Below, one piece after another: positions 32,602-43,397 of a stretch of DNA of 64,000 nucleotides. Each line of letters starts with the position of its first letter. Positions within the stretch are counted from its first letter, which is position 1. The DNA lies in contig OZ025697.1 of the NCBI GenBank assembly GCA_964019335.1, forward strand, positions 472,374 to 536,373, read 5' to 3'. The stretch is from Diplonema japonicum. Lineage: Eukaryota; Protista; Euglenozoa: Diplonemea. The notes under the pieces are model-generated. The model had not been told where the DNA came from. It saw only the letters and a program-made list of their open reading frames with translations, and did not search any database. A program made the translations under genes and the position numbers.

Positions 32602-33430
32602 GCATGCCTGTGGGTCGCAAGGTACGGAACGATACAGAATAAAATATGAAAGGGGAGAGTGAGGGGGGGGGGGGGGGGGGCGAAAAGGCTGGAAAGGGAA
32701 TATATTTTTCAAGGAGAGGCCGAAGTACCACAAAAGGCCACACTCGTGACTTATAAGAAGAAAAAGAAGAGAAGGGAAAAAAAAAACTTCTAATTTCTTT
32801 TTTAGCCGTATTTCAAAAAAGTTATTTGGGGGGGTACTCAAAAAAGAAAATAAAAATATTAAGGTATGAACGTTTACAGAGATTTCAGATTCCTCTTTAG
32901 AATTCAATTTAAAAATATTTAATGATTTAAAATACGGTAATCAACGGGGAGGGGGGGGGAGATAAACCCGCAAGTTTCCCTAAGGGGACCATAGATCGTG
33001 GGAGCAGGGAACACCAATTTTGGAGGGGCTGCATAAATGCTACACGCAAGGAGGCTTGCGGTGCCCTCTTCCTCGATCGGCTCACGCGCTGTGCTTGCTC
33101 TCCTCTGTTCCAGATCCACACTTTTTCACTTGTATCACCTACTAGATTCTTCTCAGGCATCGCCATCAACGACCCACCAAGAGCAGCAGTATGATTAAGG
33201 AGGAAAACAATTTGGGTAAAGTGGTGGCGTCCAGTTCTGGGCAGCCACATTGATAGGTACGGGAAGTGAAAGTAAGGGGGGTAAGGAAGGGAGGTTGAGA
33301 AAAAAAAGAAAAAAAACCAATCCTTCAACTGTCAAAGGATCTTTTTTGCTGTTCACAGTAGAACCATAAAAAAGGGCTTGTGGTTGGAGCGTGGGGAAAG
33401 GGGGAGGGGGAAACAATGGGATCGCAAGGA

Positions 33431-35071
33431 CTAGTTGTACTCTTCGTCTTTGCATTTGTTAACGAAAGGAGTCTCTTCCTCATCTTCCTCTTCGCTGTTC
33501 TTGTCCTTCGGTGACCACCAGATGAAGAGTGGTGTCAACAGCGTCATGAAAGTGGACGTGCCCAAGCTGATCCACACCAACTTGTAAAGGTTGGACCAGT
33601 CCATGTAAGAGATGTTAAAGTGGGAGACGATGGGTGCCGTGATCCACCCCCTGACAGAGGCACCTGTGTCCATGACAGAGAGGAAGATCGAGTAGCTCAG
33701 CAATCTCTTTTCAGGGATGGTCATCTCTGTGGCAATGACCTCTTTCGGGACCAGAACCAGCTGGCTCGTGAAGGCCATGATAGCAGTGGTTACCATCCTG
33801 TAGTGAAGGGGGTCGTAGCAGCCGCCCATGAAGTCGACGCAGATCTGCGGGGCAGAGGGCGTCATGGAGATGGGTGCTGATGCCATGGGCGGGATGTCCG
33901 TCTTGACGAACGGGATCGTCAGCATGCCCGTGAGACCTGCTAAGAGACCCATCGCAGGAAGGACCCACCTCACCCTTTGTGCGTTCGCAAGAGGGCCGTA
34001 GCACAAGGACGCCAGCAGCGTTGAACCGTACGAGATCAGACTGAGGTGCACAAGGTCGCATTGAGCAGGGAACATTTCGTACTGGAAGAAATACACCGAG
34101 CCCAGTGCACTGGGGGTGATGTTTATCAAAAACAGGAAGACCGCCGTCGCGATGCTCGGCGCGAACTTCTTGAACGCAGAATAGATCTCCTTCAAGTCGA
34201 TGCTAGCGTTGGACGCCAGGAATATAGCAGAACCCACTGCCACAGTGCTGACAGTGGCGAGCACAGGCCAGAAGACATTCTTGTCGAAGAAGGACTTCAG
34301 CGTGATCCACACAAGCACAAGTTCCATCACGAAGACCAAACCCGTCACCTTGAGTATGTCATGCTGCGATTCACGGTTCCTCTTCTCGACGACCTGAAGC
34401 TTTTTGGACTCAGAAGGCTCGGGTATCAGAGGGAATAGTGCACCGCAGGCAATGCACACAAGCCCTGTAATAAGTAGCACTGTCTCAAAACTCAGCCTGT
34501 GATGATCCCTTGAGCAGGAATACACGGCCAGCTGCAGAAGGGTTGCAACAAGCGAACCAAGACTGCGGGAGGCGGTGGCGAGCGACTGAAGGTTCCCTGC
34601 ATTCTTCATGTCCCTGTGGGCATAGTCCATCAGCACGGCACCGCAGACAAGCTCGTTGAACGCCCAGAAGAACTGCTGGATGAAAACAGTCCCGAATGCA
34701 AGCCTTGTGCTTCGCACGAAGTAGCCGTTGATGAGATACAAGCTCCCTGCGGCAAAACAAGTGATCGTTACCCAGGGCCTCCTGTGGTAACCCTTAATGG
34801 GGAGGTAGTCCATGATGTAGGCGTAGATGGGTTTCAGCGACCACGGGATGAAGGTGAAGGCTTCGTAGTTGCTGAGAGTGTCCTGCGCCATCCCGAGCTC
34901 TAAGAGCCACGCAGAGTTGGCTATCATCGGGAAGGTTTGCACCCATGCGTTCACAAAGTAGATAACAAGCAGTCCTAGAGGCAAGTAGTTCACCTTCGCA
35001 TGGTACACATCAAACTTCTCCCTCCAAGTCGTTGGCATGTCTGACATTATCCCTGTTGCGGTAGAGGTCAT
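33431..35071 (-). CDS. BT1-family folate/biopterin transporter
   Basis: Signature PWSLKPIYAYIMDYLPIKGYHRRPW; many transmembrane helices. Confidence 0.88.
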   Translation of the reverse strand: MTSTATGIMSDMPTTWREKFDVYHAKVNYLPLGLLVIYFVNAWVQTFPMIANSAWLLELGMAQDTLSNYEAFTFIPWSLKPIYAYIMDYLPIKGYHRRPWVTITCFAAGSLYLINGYFVRSTRLAFGTVFIQQFFWAFNELVCGAVLMDYAHRDMKNAGNLQSLATASRSLGSLVATLLQLAVYSCSRDHHRLSFETVLLITGLVCIACGALFPLIPEPSESKKLQVVEKRNRESQHDILKVTGLVFVMELVLVWITLKSFFDKNVFWPVLATVSTVAVGSAIFLASNASIDLKEIYSAFKKFAPSIATAVFLFLINITPSALGSVYFFQYEMFPAQCDLVHLSLISYGSTLLASLCYGPLANAQRVRWVLPAMGLLAGLTGMLTIPFVKTDIPPMASAPISMTPSAPQICVDFMGGCYDPLHYRMVTTAIMAFTSQLVLVPKEVIATEMTIPEKRLLSYSIFLSVMDTGASVRGWITAPIVSHFNISYMDWSNLYKLVWISLGTSTFMTLLTPLFIWWSPKDKNSEEEDEEETPFVNKCKDEEYN

Positions 35072-35456
35072 GCGAATTTAAAAAGAAAAAAGAAAAAAAC
35101 ATTATGGGCTGGGTAGGAGATGCTACATGCTCCTATTAGCACACAAAACGGCTGTTTGTCCGGACCTCATGATCACAGGTGCCACCAATGGTGTGTTGTG
35201 ACCATCAAGAGGCATTCGCCCCCTTTGCGGTCCACGCGAAGAGACGGCAGTGGGGGTACCAGCCGTGCAGCCGCCGTACCTGCATGCTAAACACTTATGG
35301 AGCAAAGTGGAGCAAAGATGAGGGGGAGGGGGAAGGGTAAATAACGTTTACTGGAATTTGCGCAAAAAAGGAAAAAGGAGAAAGCAGAAAAAAAAGAGAA
35401 AAAAGTATAAAGAAGTAAAGAAATAAAAAGATGCAAGTGTTATTATTATGTACCGT

Positions 35457-37696
35457 TTACTGTTCCTTCTTAGTCACAGAGACACGAGCCTTGTTCCTCT
35501 TCCCGCCAAGGACCCTCGAACGCTGGGCAAGCATGTGGGAGTAGAGACCCGAAAGACCGACAACGTAAACGCCAATGAGGAGGGGAAGGCCACCCACCTT
35601 GAAGACCTGCTGGATGGCCCACAAGTAGCTGTACTCGGAAGTTGGCTGCGAGTTAGCAACGGCGTGGTTAAGAGTGCCAATCTCACCTGCAACACCCATG
35701 GGGTACAGCACGATGAACAGGGTGTACCTAAGCCATGTCAGGACCTTCGACTGCACAGGCCCGTAGTACGAGTAGCGCACTACCTCAGTCAAAGACCAAG
35801 CGAAAAGCATCATTCTAGTCCACACGACATCATTGGTGAAGGCACCCTTGGTCTCGTTCATCACAGACACCACAAAGACTCTTGAAAGCACTTGGATGAA
35901 GGTCGTCATCACACCGCTCTTGGTAATTCCAAGCAGAGCGTGCAGAACTTCCATCCAAGCAAGCATCTGGAAGACAGTGAGGTTCTCGCCGATTTTGGCC
36001 CACAATCCGGTGCCGGTCCCCTCAATCTCGTGCTTGAGAAGGGTGTAAAGAGATGCTGCCCAGCCTGCCACCTGCCCGTAGTTGTACATAACCATGTAAG
36101 GCGTAATGATGAACATGAGGAAGACAGCCGCCAGAACCGAGGGGGTACCGACTCGGCCGAACTTGTAACCGCACCTCCAAGCACCTCCGTGGAAGGAGTT
36201 GTCGGAGAACAAGCACATAGGGTTCACGAGCTCCTTCTTGGGGTTGCTTGCGGAGGTCTCGTCGTTGAGGTCTGCAAGCAGCAGGCCTGTCATGACGGCG
36301 TTGGAGGTCTCCTGCTCGAAGACCTCAACAGGCTTGAAGTGGTGCATGCCCTTGTAGGCAAGAGCGAAGGACCTGTTGCTCACAACAGATTTCTGTGAAG
36401 TGTTCATTAAAACATTGTTCTTTACCATACCGTTGCGGTGGACGGTGCGATGTTGGTGGACACGATGCACCCATCACGGCGGGAGAGGATGGCTCTCCAG
36501 TGCTGGAGTCTCTTGGCCAGGATGTAGTTGGGGCCCTGCTCGGGGACGATGGCATCGCAGACGGACAGGTCGGTCCCTTCAACAGGCTTCTGGAAGTTGG
36601 GGGCCATCTTGAAGGAGGTGAACTGAAGCAGACCAGCACACAACTTCTGCCACATGGGCTGCCTGTTGTAGTTGGACTTAGCAGCCGCCATAGCGGTGGA
36701 AGGCACAACATGCGCATCAGTGGGTGTGCACAGGTAGGCAAGGGACGGCTTGACCTTGCGCTTAGCAACCATCTCCTTAATGATGGCGTCCATGGCTACA
36801 GAGAGCTTCACGAAGAGAGGGCCGTCCAAGTAAGCATAGGCACCCAGCACAAGCCTCTTCTCAGGGTACTGCTCCAACAACCATGTCCTAACCTCAGGAG
36901 TTTTCGAGAGAAGGTCGCACCCGGCAATTTCAGCAAGCTGCTCGTCGGTCTTCGACCCCTGGTTCTCAGACACAGGGAAGATGAGGGTCCCAGCGCTTGC
37001 CCTCGCCTGCTTGATGAGCGAGTCCCAGATTGGCTTCCGGTTGAGGTCCAGGGCGATGACGTTGGCACCCAATGACATGAGGAGGGGGTAAGGGCCCATT
37101 GCCGACGCAGCACCGAACAACACGAAGTAAGATCCAGAGAGGTCAAGCCACTTGGCCTGCTCGCTGACTTTCTGCAGGGAGCTACCACAGGACAGCTCGA
37201 CGACGCCGTTCCTCACCCACTGCTCGATCTGAGCAGAGAGCTCAATGCCGGTCAGGTCTTTGCCCTTGTAGGGCACTCTGTACTCGGTGACCCTGCTGCC
37301 GTTACCCTTGATGACGGCGGTCTTGTAGATGCTATCAGTGTACTTGGCCATGGCCTCAGGCACGGATGTCTCTGTGTCATTCCTGATGAAGCGGAACTTG
37401 TTGTGCAGGTGTTGTTCTCCAGCCTCTGCAATGGCATAAGCGTTCTTCGGGCTTTCAGCGGAAAGCTTCACCTGGTTCACAACGTGCCTGGCGTAGCCGA
37501 ACCTCCACCCCCTCTGCTTCTTCACACTGTGTTTAATGATGCTTTAAACGTGAACATACGATTCCGCTGCCTCACTGCTGACAGGGCGCACGGCAGCCTC
37601 AAAGGTGCCCTGGTTGACGGCAGTGGTGGACCTCTCACCCTTATCGTCCACAGGGAACTCCACACCGTCAGGCTTTCTTACAGGCTTCTTCGACAT
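35457..37696 (-). CDS. Fusion: N-terminal uncharacterised Rossmann-like domain + C-terminal PTPLA/HACD 3-hydroxyacyl-CoA dehydratase; introns 37527-37559 and 36393-36430
   Basis: Three ORFs join in frame through 33- and 38-nt introns. The C-terminus has the PTPLA motifs YNYGQVAGW, FQMLAWMEVLHALLG, QVLSR, AWSLTEVVRYSYY, WLRYTLFIVLYPMGVAGE, LYSHMLAQR. The N-terminal part has VLFGAASAMGP...GANVIALD. Confidence 0.85.
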
Positions 37697-38390
37697 TTTA
37701 GTAACTTCTTTAATGACCTGCAACGAGTGCAATGCACCGAAAAATATCGCAACTAGCAAGAGTACTAAACATAGGTCGTGACAAGCATGGCACGTATTGC
37801 GAACAGCACTACAGCCCTTGCATAAGAGAGAGCTTGCAGTGCCCATACAGCCAAAAAAGAGGGGAAAGAAAAAAGAAAAATCTTAATAATGTCAGTCCAT
37901 GTTACCGTATTTCATCATTCTACAAAGCAGTTGCATACATGGCCCTCAGCGATGCTAACGAGTTCTCGTGTTGCAGGTGCTTTTTATAACTACTTTACAC
38001 GCATGGATGGATGCCGAACTCTGCTACGCCGGATTGTTCGGCGGGAGTGCCATCTTACTATCCATCTTTTGCCTCTTTCTACGGGATAGGAGGCCACACT
38101 GCCGTCCCGAAAAGAAACGAAGGAAAACAGGAATAGTAAAACGAAGGGAAGAAGGAGAGAGAAAAAGGGGAAATAGAGTAAGGCAATCACCATGATGGGG
38201 AGAAGTGATACACGCAGTGGCGTCCCACTGAATGCTCCTTGCTACCTGGTTTGACGCTTATATATTTTCCAATCCGAAAAAAGAACTAGACTTGCGCACC
38301 AAAAAAAGGGGTAAAGGGTGCAAAATAGTTTTCACAGGAGGTTACTTCTAATGTCCTGCAAGGCTCTTCGGCGGCTTTATCTACTACGGC

Positions 38391-39911
38391 CTATATGTGA
38401 TGGATCACACGTGGCTCTAATGACGCTTCAGCAGGCGACGGCAGGAGAGGCTGAACACTGGGGAAGCTCTGTACCCCAACGTCCCGTATTTCTGTCAATT
38501 CTGGTTGTGCAGCCATTGCGTCGTAACCTTGTTGGAGGTAAAAGGCAGCAAGCCACGCAAGACTCGCAACGGCACACCCCGTGCACGACACCAGGACGTA
38601 CGCCCTCCACGGTGTGATGGGGCGCTCATCCTCGTCAAGGAGAACCCCCATGACTAGAGGCCCAGGAATAGCACCAATGACCCTCATAAGAAGGCTCTGC
38701 AAACCAACAGCCAAACCTCTATGCTTTTGAAACACAACACGTTGCGCAGATGTCACAACAGGAACAGACATCGTGAACTGCAGCGTCAAGGACACGGAGA
38801 TGATCAGCAAGAACGCACCCACGTCGTCAAAGAGGAAAGCGATCAACGTGAAGGGCACCGAGAGCCCTGTCGTGACTGCCATCATGAGCATGGGTTTTCT
38901 GCTGTGACCCACACCCCACCCCATTCGTTTTGGGAGGTAACCGCCCATGTAAGACCCGAATGAGATCATAGGGATCAAAGTGCCCGTCAGCAGAGATGCC
39001 GTGCTTCGTCTTACACACAGCTGCTTCTCGATATATCGAGGACCAAAGGCTATGACAGCTGTGCTTTGAAACATGTGCACAATGCCTCCTAACGTAACTA
39101 GGAGGAACCTTGTATTCGTCATCAGCGCCACGACACCTTGCTTGAAATCCTGCACTGATTGAGTAGCCTCTTCGTCGTGCATGTGGTCCCATGACCCTTC
39201 GGGAAGGTTCTCGATCGTACCGCAACACGTCGCATTGGTGGGTGTGCTGTAGTACTTCTTGCTGAAGAAGAACCAAAAACCCCACGGGGCTAAGCACACG
39301 CCAAGTATCCAGAATGGGTACCGCCATTGGTCACATCCTTCCATCTGAGGTGTTGCCGCGAAGGGGGCAGTCATGTTAAGAGCACTGCTGCAGTCATTCG
39401 TTCCTTCGGATGCGTCGGTGCACCCGCTGAGGAAACTTCCTGCGAGCATGAGGCCACCTATGACTCCAAAGGGCGCCAGCACCATCAGCCAGCCTGTGTA
39501 GTCAGAAGCAACGGCCTTGCACTGAACATTATTGTCAATGTGAATGCATCCCAACACCCATATAATAGTTCCACCTGCTCCTGCCACTACTTGCAAGATA
39601 GTAAAAAGGAAGAGATTGGAGACCATTCCAAAGAGTGCGACAGCTGCACTACAGAACACAAACCCAGCACCGATCCACCTCGTAGGGTAACGGCTCCCGA
39701 GATAGCCACAAGGAGTTGCAATGCACACAGCACCTATGTCGTAGCAAACAATAATCCACCCAAGCTCAAACGTCGATAGGTTGAAATTACTCTCCAGAGC
39801 TGTAAGTGCGCCTGTAGTGACACCGCTGATCATTGCCGCCCACATCCCCATCACAGACATCACCTGCACCATAGTCTTGAAGCTCACGTCCATGCATTTT
39901 AGCGATGCCAT
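38391..39911 (-). CDS. MFS transporter, OATP/SLCO-like
   Basis: LESNFNLSTFELGWIIVCYDIG, GCIHIDNNV, FGPRYIEKQL and RVIGAIPGPLVMGVLLD match OATP motifs. Confidence 0.8.
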   Translation of the reverse strand: MASLKCMDVSFKTMVQVMSVMGMWAAMISGVTTGALTALESNFNLSTFELGWIIVCYDIGAVCIATPCGYLGSRYPTRWIGAGFVFCSAAVALFGMVSNLFLFTILQVVAGAGGTIIWVLGCIHIDNNVQCKAVASDYTGWLMVLAPFGVIGGLMLAGSFLSGCTDASEGTNDCSSALNMTAPFAATPQMEGCDQWRYPFWILGVCLAPWGFWFFFSKKYYSTPTNATCCGTIENLPEGSWDHMHDEEATQSVQDFKQGVVALMTNTRFLLVTLGGIVHMFQSTAVIAFGPRYIEKQLCVRRSTASLLTGTLIPMISFGSYMGGYLPKRMGWGVGHSRKPMLMMAVTTGLSVPFTLIAFLFDDVGAFLLIISVSLTLQFTMSVPVVTSAQRVVFQKHRGLAVGLQSLLMRVIGAIPGPLVMGVLLDEDERPITPWRAYVLVSCTGCAVASLAWLAAFYLQQGYDAMAAQPELTEIRDVGVQSFPSVQPLLPSPAEASLEPRVIHHI

Positions 39912-39958
39912 CTTCTTCCTGTACTACATAAATATGTGCACATTTCGAAGTATACAAT

Positions 39959-40351
39959 CTACAGAGTGGAAACTCTTCGTTTTCTGCGTGGTGGAGGAAC
40001 TGGTGTGTGTATTTCCTGTTGCAACTCGCTCAATTCCTTGTAAAGTGCTTCGAGGGCGGCATCACCCCCACAGCGTTTCTCCGACAAAACAGGTTCCTCT
40101 TTTCTCAGTTTGGTTGTCCAAGGACCCTCCGTGCGTGTCCCCAATAGAACTGTGCCGTGACCCTTTCGCGACTCTAGATGCTTGAAAGAGCGGATCGCTT
40201 TTTCAATTGCACCACTCGCATTGCCAACATTGCTGCCACACTTATCCGGATGATGCTGCATTAGAAGGTTTCTGAAAGCGGTCTTTATTTCCACCCACCC
40301 TGCATCTGCATCTACACCCAATGTTTCCCTTGCCTCAGCATCTCCCATCAT
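39959..40351 (-). CDS. Small DnaJ-domain protein
   Basis: TLGV...EIKTAFRNLLMQHHPDK (HPD motif). Confidence 0.85.
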   Translation of the reverse strand: MMGDAEARETLGVDADAGWVEIKTAFRNLLMQHHPDKCGSNVGNASGAIEKAIRSFKHLESRKGHGTVLLGTRTEGPWTTKLRKEEPVLSEKRCGGDAALEALYKELSELQQEIHTPVPPPRRKRRVSTL

Positions 40352-40449
40352 GTTGCTGCAGGTGGTTCACAAAAGCTAGCAATTTGATACAAAAAAATAT
40401 CTAATGGGATAACTCTACGATACGACGCACGAGGCAAACCATGCTCATC

Positions 40450-41510
40450 TCATCTCATCTCCAGTTGACACATCCTGGCCAGCAGCCCTGCAAGCTGAGA
40501 AAAAAAATATATTAAGTGTCATTTGTGGATACCTGAAGTGGCGTGGAGGCCCCTTCAATCATTTTGTGGTGCGTCATGCCGATTAGGCGCACAAACTCCA
40601 TTTGAACTACATCGCTGAGGCCTGCCATCGTGGTGCACACCTTGAAGAAAGTGGCTATCACGTCGATAGGAGCGTACCCCTTCGCGAGCAGCTGTTCACG
40701 TGTCCGTTGTTTCACTTCCCATACCTTGTCCAGTTTCTTTTGCCCGTCGGAGTAGTTCGCGTTGGCACAGTCCCGCAGAACGTCTTCGATAATGGTAGGG
40801 TGTGGCTGGTCAATCACCTTAAAGATGGTGTCTGCCGTCACAGTGCCGTAGCCGCTGAACGCCGCTTGCAGCGTGTTGATTGCGTTTCTCAAGTCACCTT
40901 CTGCGATATACAGAAGCGACTCGATCCCGTCCTCTGTGTACGGAACGTTCTCAGCTCTGATGACAGTCATGAGCCTCTCGTGCACGTCGGCATTGTCTAA
41001 TCTTGTAAAACGCAGCACCGCGCACCTCGACTGGATAGGCTCGATGATCTTGCTAGAGTAGTTGCAGGCAAGGGCAAAACGTGTTGTCGCTGAGTGCAGT
41101 TCCATTGTCCTCGTGAGTGCTTGTTGCGCTGTTTTCATCATTGAGTCCACTTCGTCCAGGATTATGATCTTGTGCCGCCCATTAGGTAGTGTGACCTTTT
41201 TCTGTGCGAAGGTCTTGATTTTGTCCCTCACAACGCCGATTCCCCTCTCGTTCGACGCGTTAAGCTCCAGCACTGCATCATCGTACTTGTCACCGAGAAG
41301 CTCTCGCGCCAAGGCGCCTATGCTTGTGGTTTTTCCAGTACCGGGGGGGCCTGTTATTATAACATTGGGCATATTACCATCCCTGGCCACAACCTTCAGT
41401 CGCGCGACAGTGTCCTCATTCCCTACTACGTCTTTTATGCTCTTTGGGCGGTACTTCTCCACCCATGGCACCAGGCTTGCGTGCCCTTGCTCTGCGTCAC
41501 CGCCGCTCAT
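40450..41510 (-). CDS. RFC2: Replication factor C small subunit (human RFC2 / yeast Rfc4 type); introns 40692-40724 and 40495-40532
   Basis: PWVEKYRP, MPNVIITGPPGTGKTT, LELNASNERGI, IIILDEVDSM, IQSRC. The final exon LAGLLARMC is recovered after splicing. Confidence 0.93.
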
Positions 41511-41590
41511 TGCTGTTGTGCTATAGGTGAGAGGATGTGAGAAAGCAACTAATAAGTTAAAGCGAACTGTAGAAACAAGTCCAGGTCTTT

Positions 41591-41968
41591 CTACTCCTCC
41601 TCGTCGTCGATGTTAAGTGTCCCACTCAAGATCTGCAGCAGTGTCTTGGCCTGCTCGTCCATTAAAGCCTTTCTTTTGAGTTCAAAAAGAGATTTCTTGC
41701 CGCTGGTGGCTTCCTGCTCGCGTTTTGCTTCCTCTTCACCTACTTCTTGGAGTACACTGACGACACCCAAACGCTGCTTCAGTTGGTCAATATTTACCTT
41801 TTCCGTCCCGTGCTTGGTGCGTTGGGAAACTTCTTCTCCGGGATCACTGTCGTACATCAAAAAGGGTGTGTCTGGGTGCGTGATCGGCTCCCGTGTGCCC
41901 CTCAAAGCGTCGTGTTGCTTCAGCTCTTCTTCGTCCCATTTGACATGTCTATTGTGGTCACCACCCAT
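41591..41968 (-). CDS. Protein phosphatase inhibitor-2 (IPP-2) family protein
   Basis: VKWDEEEL, PITHPDTPF and FELKRKALMDE. Confidence 0.75.
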   Translation of the reverse strand: MGGDHNRHVKWDEEELKQHDALRGTREPITHPDTPFLMYDSDPGEEVSQRTKHGTEKVNIDQLKQRLGVVSVLQEVGEEEAKREQEATSGKKSLFELKRKALMDEQAKTLLQILSGTLNIDDEEE

Positions 41969-42015
41969 TGCTGCATGAGCGGTGCGGCAGTGAAATAAAT
42001 ACATGAAATAGCAAG

Positions 42016-42576
42016 TCAGTTCACGGAAATGAACGGCTGCGTATCTTCCATAAGCACAACAATGGGGCCACCACACGTTATCTTGCCTCTTTGGCTAACT
42101 TCGCGTTGCAGTTGGCAAAGATTACACATGCAACAGAAGCAACCAATAACGCAGTCCGACACCCATGACCCGTTGCTGATGCCATAGCCTGTGCGTATCT
42201 CGTTACGGAGGTAAATAGAGGTGCAGAACGGGTAACACAGGGCACAACACATGTTCAGCAACAGGGGCGTCTCCGAGAAGTTGGTTTTTGTTTCTGCTGC
42301 CGAGACACACGGGCAGCAGCATGTTTTGATACACCCAGAGCAGTTCTGGTGGCATTCAAAAAGCGTTGTCCCCCACGCTGTGCGGTCATGGCGCTTTTGG
42401 TCTGACAGCACCTGATCTTCTGCAACAGCCTTGTTCACATCCTCCTTGCTCTTGTTGTCTTTTTCGTCTTTCTCCTCGTTTTTCTTTTCTTTTTCTTTTT
42501 CTTTTTTTTGGTCCTTATCTTTGTCTCCGTCTGTGTTCGAGGGTAAAGCGAACCCTACTTTCTTCTCATCTGCCAT
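42016..42576 (-). CDS. PLAC8-family Cys-rich protein
   Basis: WGTTLFEC...CCCPC...RNEIRTGYGI...DCVIGCFCCMCNLCQLQREV. Confidence 0.9.
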   Translation of the reverse strand: MADEKKVGFALPSNTDGDKDKDQKKEKEKEKKNEEKDEKDNKSKEDVNKAVAEDQVLSDQKRHDRTAWGTTLFECHQNCSGCIKTCCCPCVSAAETKTNFSETPLLLNMCCALCYPFCTSIYLRNEIRTGYGISNGSWVSDCVIGCFCCMCNLCQLQREVSQRGKITCGGPIVVLMEDTQPFISVN

Positions 42577-42645
42577 CTGGGGTGATCAGGGGAGGTAACT
42601 AACAATATCGATAACAATCATCAATAACAATCTAATTACTGTAAT

Positions 42646-43302
42646 CTACACCATGTACATATAGTCCCCTTGAGGGGACGCTGGCGGCCTTGGCGGTGAG
42701 ACGTACTGCTGCTGCTGTTGTGACTGCTTCGCTGGCGCCTGTTTTGTTGGCGTATCGGCTTCAGCCACTTCGTTGTGGTTAGCCATAATACGCGGGGCTA
42801 TGAACTTCATGATTCTGCGGTAGTTGTAAGAGCAGACAAGGATCACAACGAGGATAGTAGCGATCAGGGCGAGGGGGAAAAGCATTTTCGTTTCGCTCTT
42901 GATTTCCTTAGCTGTGAATAAAGCACGTGCTTGTATGTACCTCGGGAAGCAAGATAGAGGCATGGAGCTCGGATCGAAACGCAGCTCCCATATTTTAGGC
43001 TGCCCGTCGATGCTTCTGACTGTGAATTCGTTGTTGTTGTCTATGTCATAGTTTTTGAAAGGCTCGCAGTCCGTGCCGTTGCACAACCAGTCCCGCACGT
43101 TAGCAGTGCTGCACTCACCTGTTGCATCAAACCCTTCCCACTCCCTGCAACGCACCGTCAACACAGTGGTTTCAGGTGAGCTCAGCACGCTAATCATGGC
43201 TGTGGTCTTCCCCACAAATATGTTGTTGCTCTGCCTGAAGCCTGAGGTCGACGAGCTGCACTCGGCGTGCACATACAACACCCCCAGTAGCAAGGTTGCC
43301 AT
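42646..43302 (-). CDS. Hypothetical single-pass membrane protein
   Basis: Signal-peptide-like N-terminus, Cys-containing ectodomain, TM segment LFPLALIATILVVILVCSY, Q/P-rich tail. Confidence 0.75.
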   Translation of the reverse strand: MATLLLGVLYVHAECSSSTSGFRQSNNIFVGKTTAMISVLSSPETTVLTVRCREWEGFDATGECSTANVRDWLCNGTDCEPFKNYDIDNNNEFTVRSIDGQPKIWELRFDPSSMPLSCFPRYIQARALFTAKEIKSETKMLFPLALIATILVVILVCSYNYRRIMKFIAPRIMANHNEVAEADTPTKQAPAKQSQQQQQYVSPPRPPASPQGDYMYMV

Positions 43303-43397
43303 GCCTGTGGATGATAAATCTCGATATCAAAGTGGCTTAATAACTACAACAACTGGGCCATCTAAGCCCTTCTAGGGTCTAGGGTGGAGTATCTGTC

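Noticed and set aside
37850-38390. Possible ncRNA or small gene in a longer spacer (also 35100-35450 and 44410-44790)
   Set aside because: No recognisable tRNA, snoRNA or protein motif could be supported by eye.
8515-43397. Idea that cis-introns avoid trans-splicing by lacking a polypyrimidine tract
   Set aside because: Putative trans-splice acceptors upstream of start codons are equally A/C-rich, so this does not distinguish the two.
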